Source of the DNA: the human T2T-CHM13v2.0 reference genome, Homo sapiens
Assembly (NCBI RefSeq): GCF_009914755.1
Contig: NC_060926.1
Direction: 5' to 3' (one strand)
Length of the DNA: 64,000 nucleotides
Shown here: positions 61,515-64,000 of the stretch, piece by piece
Numbering within the stretch: position 1 is the stretch's first letter
How the letters are laid out: the number at the start of each line of letters is the position of its first letter
Notes under the pieces: generated by a model
Told to the model about the DNA's origin: nothing
The model's input: only the letters and a program-made list of their open reading frames with translations
The model's database searches: none
Program-made: the position numbers and the translations under genes

Positions 61515-62455
61515 AGTATGGTTGATTTCTACCTTGAGCAAATCAGTTGTCTGGAGTCAGAGGGTCCAGAAGCAAAGAAAGTAGATGGAGAGGGGGAGTT
61601 TCCCTGCCTTTCATTTTCTATACTGGAGCTATGAATGAAGAGAGGTCCCCAGAGAGACCTTAGCCACCAGGGTGGGCTCCTTGCTTGGCCCAGGGGTGAT
61701 GTCAGATCCCAGGCTGAGCTTAGATTCTCAACCAAACAGGCACCTGTGCCTGAAAAGTCTTTACAGGAGGCCCCAAATTTTAGCAGGGAATATTTGTTAC
61801 CACCTGAAATGCAGGCTTTCCTCAACCTGCTAGTCTAAAGAAACTGTAAAGATAGTTAACTCCTGTCATAACACTACAAGGGACTCTCCAGCAAACTTAA
61901 TAGATGAAAACAATAGAATAGGCATGAAAAAGGAATGAAATCAGCACATTTTACGCATTCCAAGAAGCAATGTCCCCCTCAACCCCCCACTCACTTTTCC
62001 CTCTGGTGAGTGGCTTGTTGTTGCTGATGATTGATAGGGTGACTCACTGTCATTGTATTCCTTAAAAGTCCATGACAACAGCAGTGTCCAGTATCAGAGG
62101 ACCCAAACGTAATTTAAAATATAGGCGCAGCAGCCTGCAAGTTGAACTTTCGTCCAGAAATGACAACCAACAAATGGTATCTACTAATATTCCTCTGAAA
62201 TGACTTTGGGTACAGGGAGGGGAGCCAAGCCAACCAGACAGCATGAGTTTACTCAGGACCAGAGGATAGAATATTGACAGTAATCCAGCTTGTTACCACT
62301 GCTAACCAACTGTCAAGAATTCAGAAATATCACTGTGGAATTCACTTAACCTTCTTCAGAAATTGGCCCTACCCGATCACCAGATTCCCAGAGTCCTGCC
62401 TATCTCCAAGGTGTGCTATAAATGTAAATCATAAACTCTCATATTATAAAAGCAA

Positions 62456-62745
62456 TTTTTTGGGGGGGAGGACAGGGTCTCACTTGGTCACCAGGCTAGA
62501 GTACAGTGGCACCATCACTGCTCACTGAAGCCACAAACTCCTGGACTCAGGTGATCCTCCTGCCTCAGCCTCTCAAATAGCTAGGACTACAGGCATGCAC
62601 CACCATGCCTGGCTAATTTTTGTATTTTTAGAGATGGGCTTTTGCCATGTTGCCCAGGCTGGTCTTGAACTCCTGGGCTCAAGCAATCCTCCTCCTTGGC
62701 CTCCCAAAGTGCTGGGATGACAGGCATGAGCCACTATGCCCAGCC
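62456..62745 (-). mobile_element. AluJ
   Basis: Reverse dimeric Alu. Confidence 0.92.
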
Positions 62746-63302
62746 AAGTTCTTTTTGCTCAGATACTTTCTCATCTTTTTTTTTAAAAAAAGTCTAACAT
62801 CTCTGCCCACTTCTGTACAAACCTTTTTGTTTGCTTGTTTCAGGGAAATTGCCTTGTGTATGTGGGATCAGTACCGTGAACTGAAATGGTGCTGAGACAC
62901 TTGGGTTCTTATCTGCTTACTGAGTCAGAGACCCAGCGACTCCTCACCAGTGCTTGGTGAGAAGTTAGCTCCTACAGTTGTAGGATTCCCCTTGACACAA
63001 GGGTTGTAGCTTATAGAGAGTCCTCAGATGGTTTTAAGACCCTCAGTGCAGGGGCCCAGCCCTGAGAAGTCCTTTTCTAATATCTACCCAGATGCTGTTC
63101 AGCACATACAGTAATGTGTGCTTAGCAGAGAATACCAAGACATGAGGTAGAATCTCTGCCCCCAAAGACGTTGCAGTCTGGTTGTGGAGATATAACATAC
63201 ACACAGGTAGAACTATAGCAGACAATGTAAAATACAGCCCAGTGCTATTTTTATTTGTTTTGTGAATCTTTCGAATTTACGCCTTAGTATTGGACTCTGT
63301 CC

Positions 63303-63710
63303 TGATTCAACAAACATTTGTTGAGCAACTGCTATCTGCTTGGCACTGACGCCATTCCTATGCGCTGAGGAATGTGGGCTAGGAGAATGAATATGCACTA
63401 GGAGCACTGTGGGAATCTCATAGTTTAGCAGGACAGATGAACACATGAACTCCCAGGAATTACAGTGCAATATGGTGGGTGCCAGGAAAGAGGTACCAGG
63501 AGAAAGCACCAAGAGTGACTGCCTGAGGAAGGTTTCCCTAGAGGCAGTGGTGTCTGACTTTGGTCTTAAATAGTAAGAAGGGCACTTTGAGTGTGTGGAG
63601 TAAGAAAAATCATGGTGTGTTTTGGGATCAACAAGAAGTTTGCTCTGGCTGGAGTGTGAGAGTGTCTGTGGTTTTGAGGTTAGGGTTGGGGAAGGGCAGG
63701 AAGATGAAGT
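63303..63710 (-). mobile_element. L2 fragment
   Basis: attcaacaaacatttgttgagcaactgctat... Confidence 0.7.
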
Positions 63711-63730
63711 TAAAGAGTTATGAATGGCCA

Positions 63731-63998
<268 letters not shown>

Positions 63999-64000
63999 CT

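Noticed and set aside
62820-62880. Acceptor-like ttgcttgtttcag|GGA as the next CAMKMT exon
   Set aside because: Phase-0 reading stops after 11 codons (GNCLVYVGSVP*) and does not continue the methyltransferase fold; the next exon is probably beyond the window.

Overview
Primate (very probably human) genomic DNA, mostly intronic and AT-rich. Six short + strand coding exons (7607-7667, 9611-9665, 10723-10786, 18617-18683, 46948-47022, 57381-57444; 386 nt total) splice in frame to (C)[128 protein letters not shown]. This is the seven-beta-strand SAM-binding core of calmodulin-lysine N-methyltransferase (CAMKMT/C2orf34); the gene start and end lie outside the window. The rest is interspersed repeats (about 20 Alu/FAM/FLAM, L1, HAL1, L2, MIR, Tigger1, MADE1, MER5/20/53, two MaLR solo LTRs) and two long repeat-poor blocks. 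Almost all ORF-track entries are repeat-derived or chance. Best leads: (1) a U12-type (minor spliceosome) GT-AG intron at 10787-18616, with a U2-type decoy acceptor 41 nt upstream of its 3' end; (2) a ~330-bp diverged direct repeat I cannot assign to a known TE family, with copies ~6 kb apart on either side of the last exon; (3) a MADE1 with perfect 35-bp arms carrying miR-548-type sequences; (4) repeat-free, motif-rich blocks that may be long-range enhancers. Sequence alone does not establish a new biological system here; these are hypotheses. Repeat subfamily names and most repeat boundaries are by eye.
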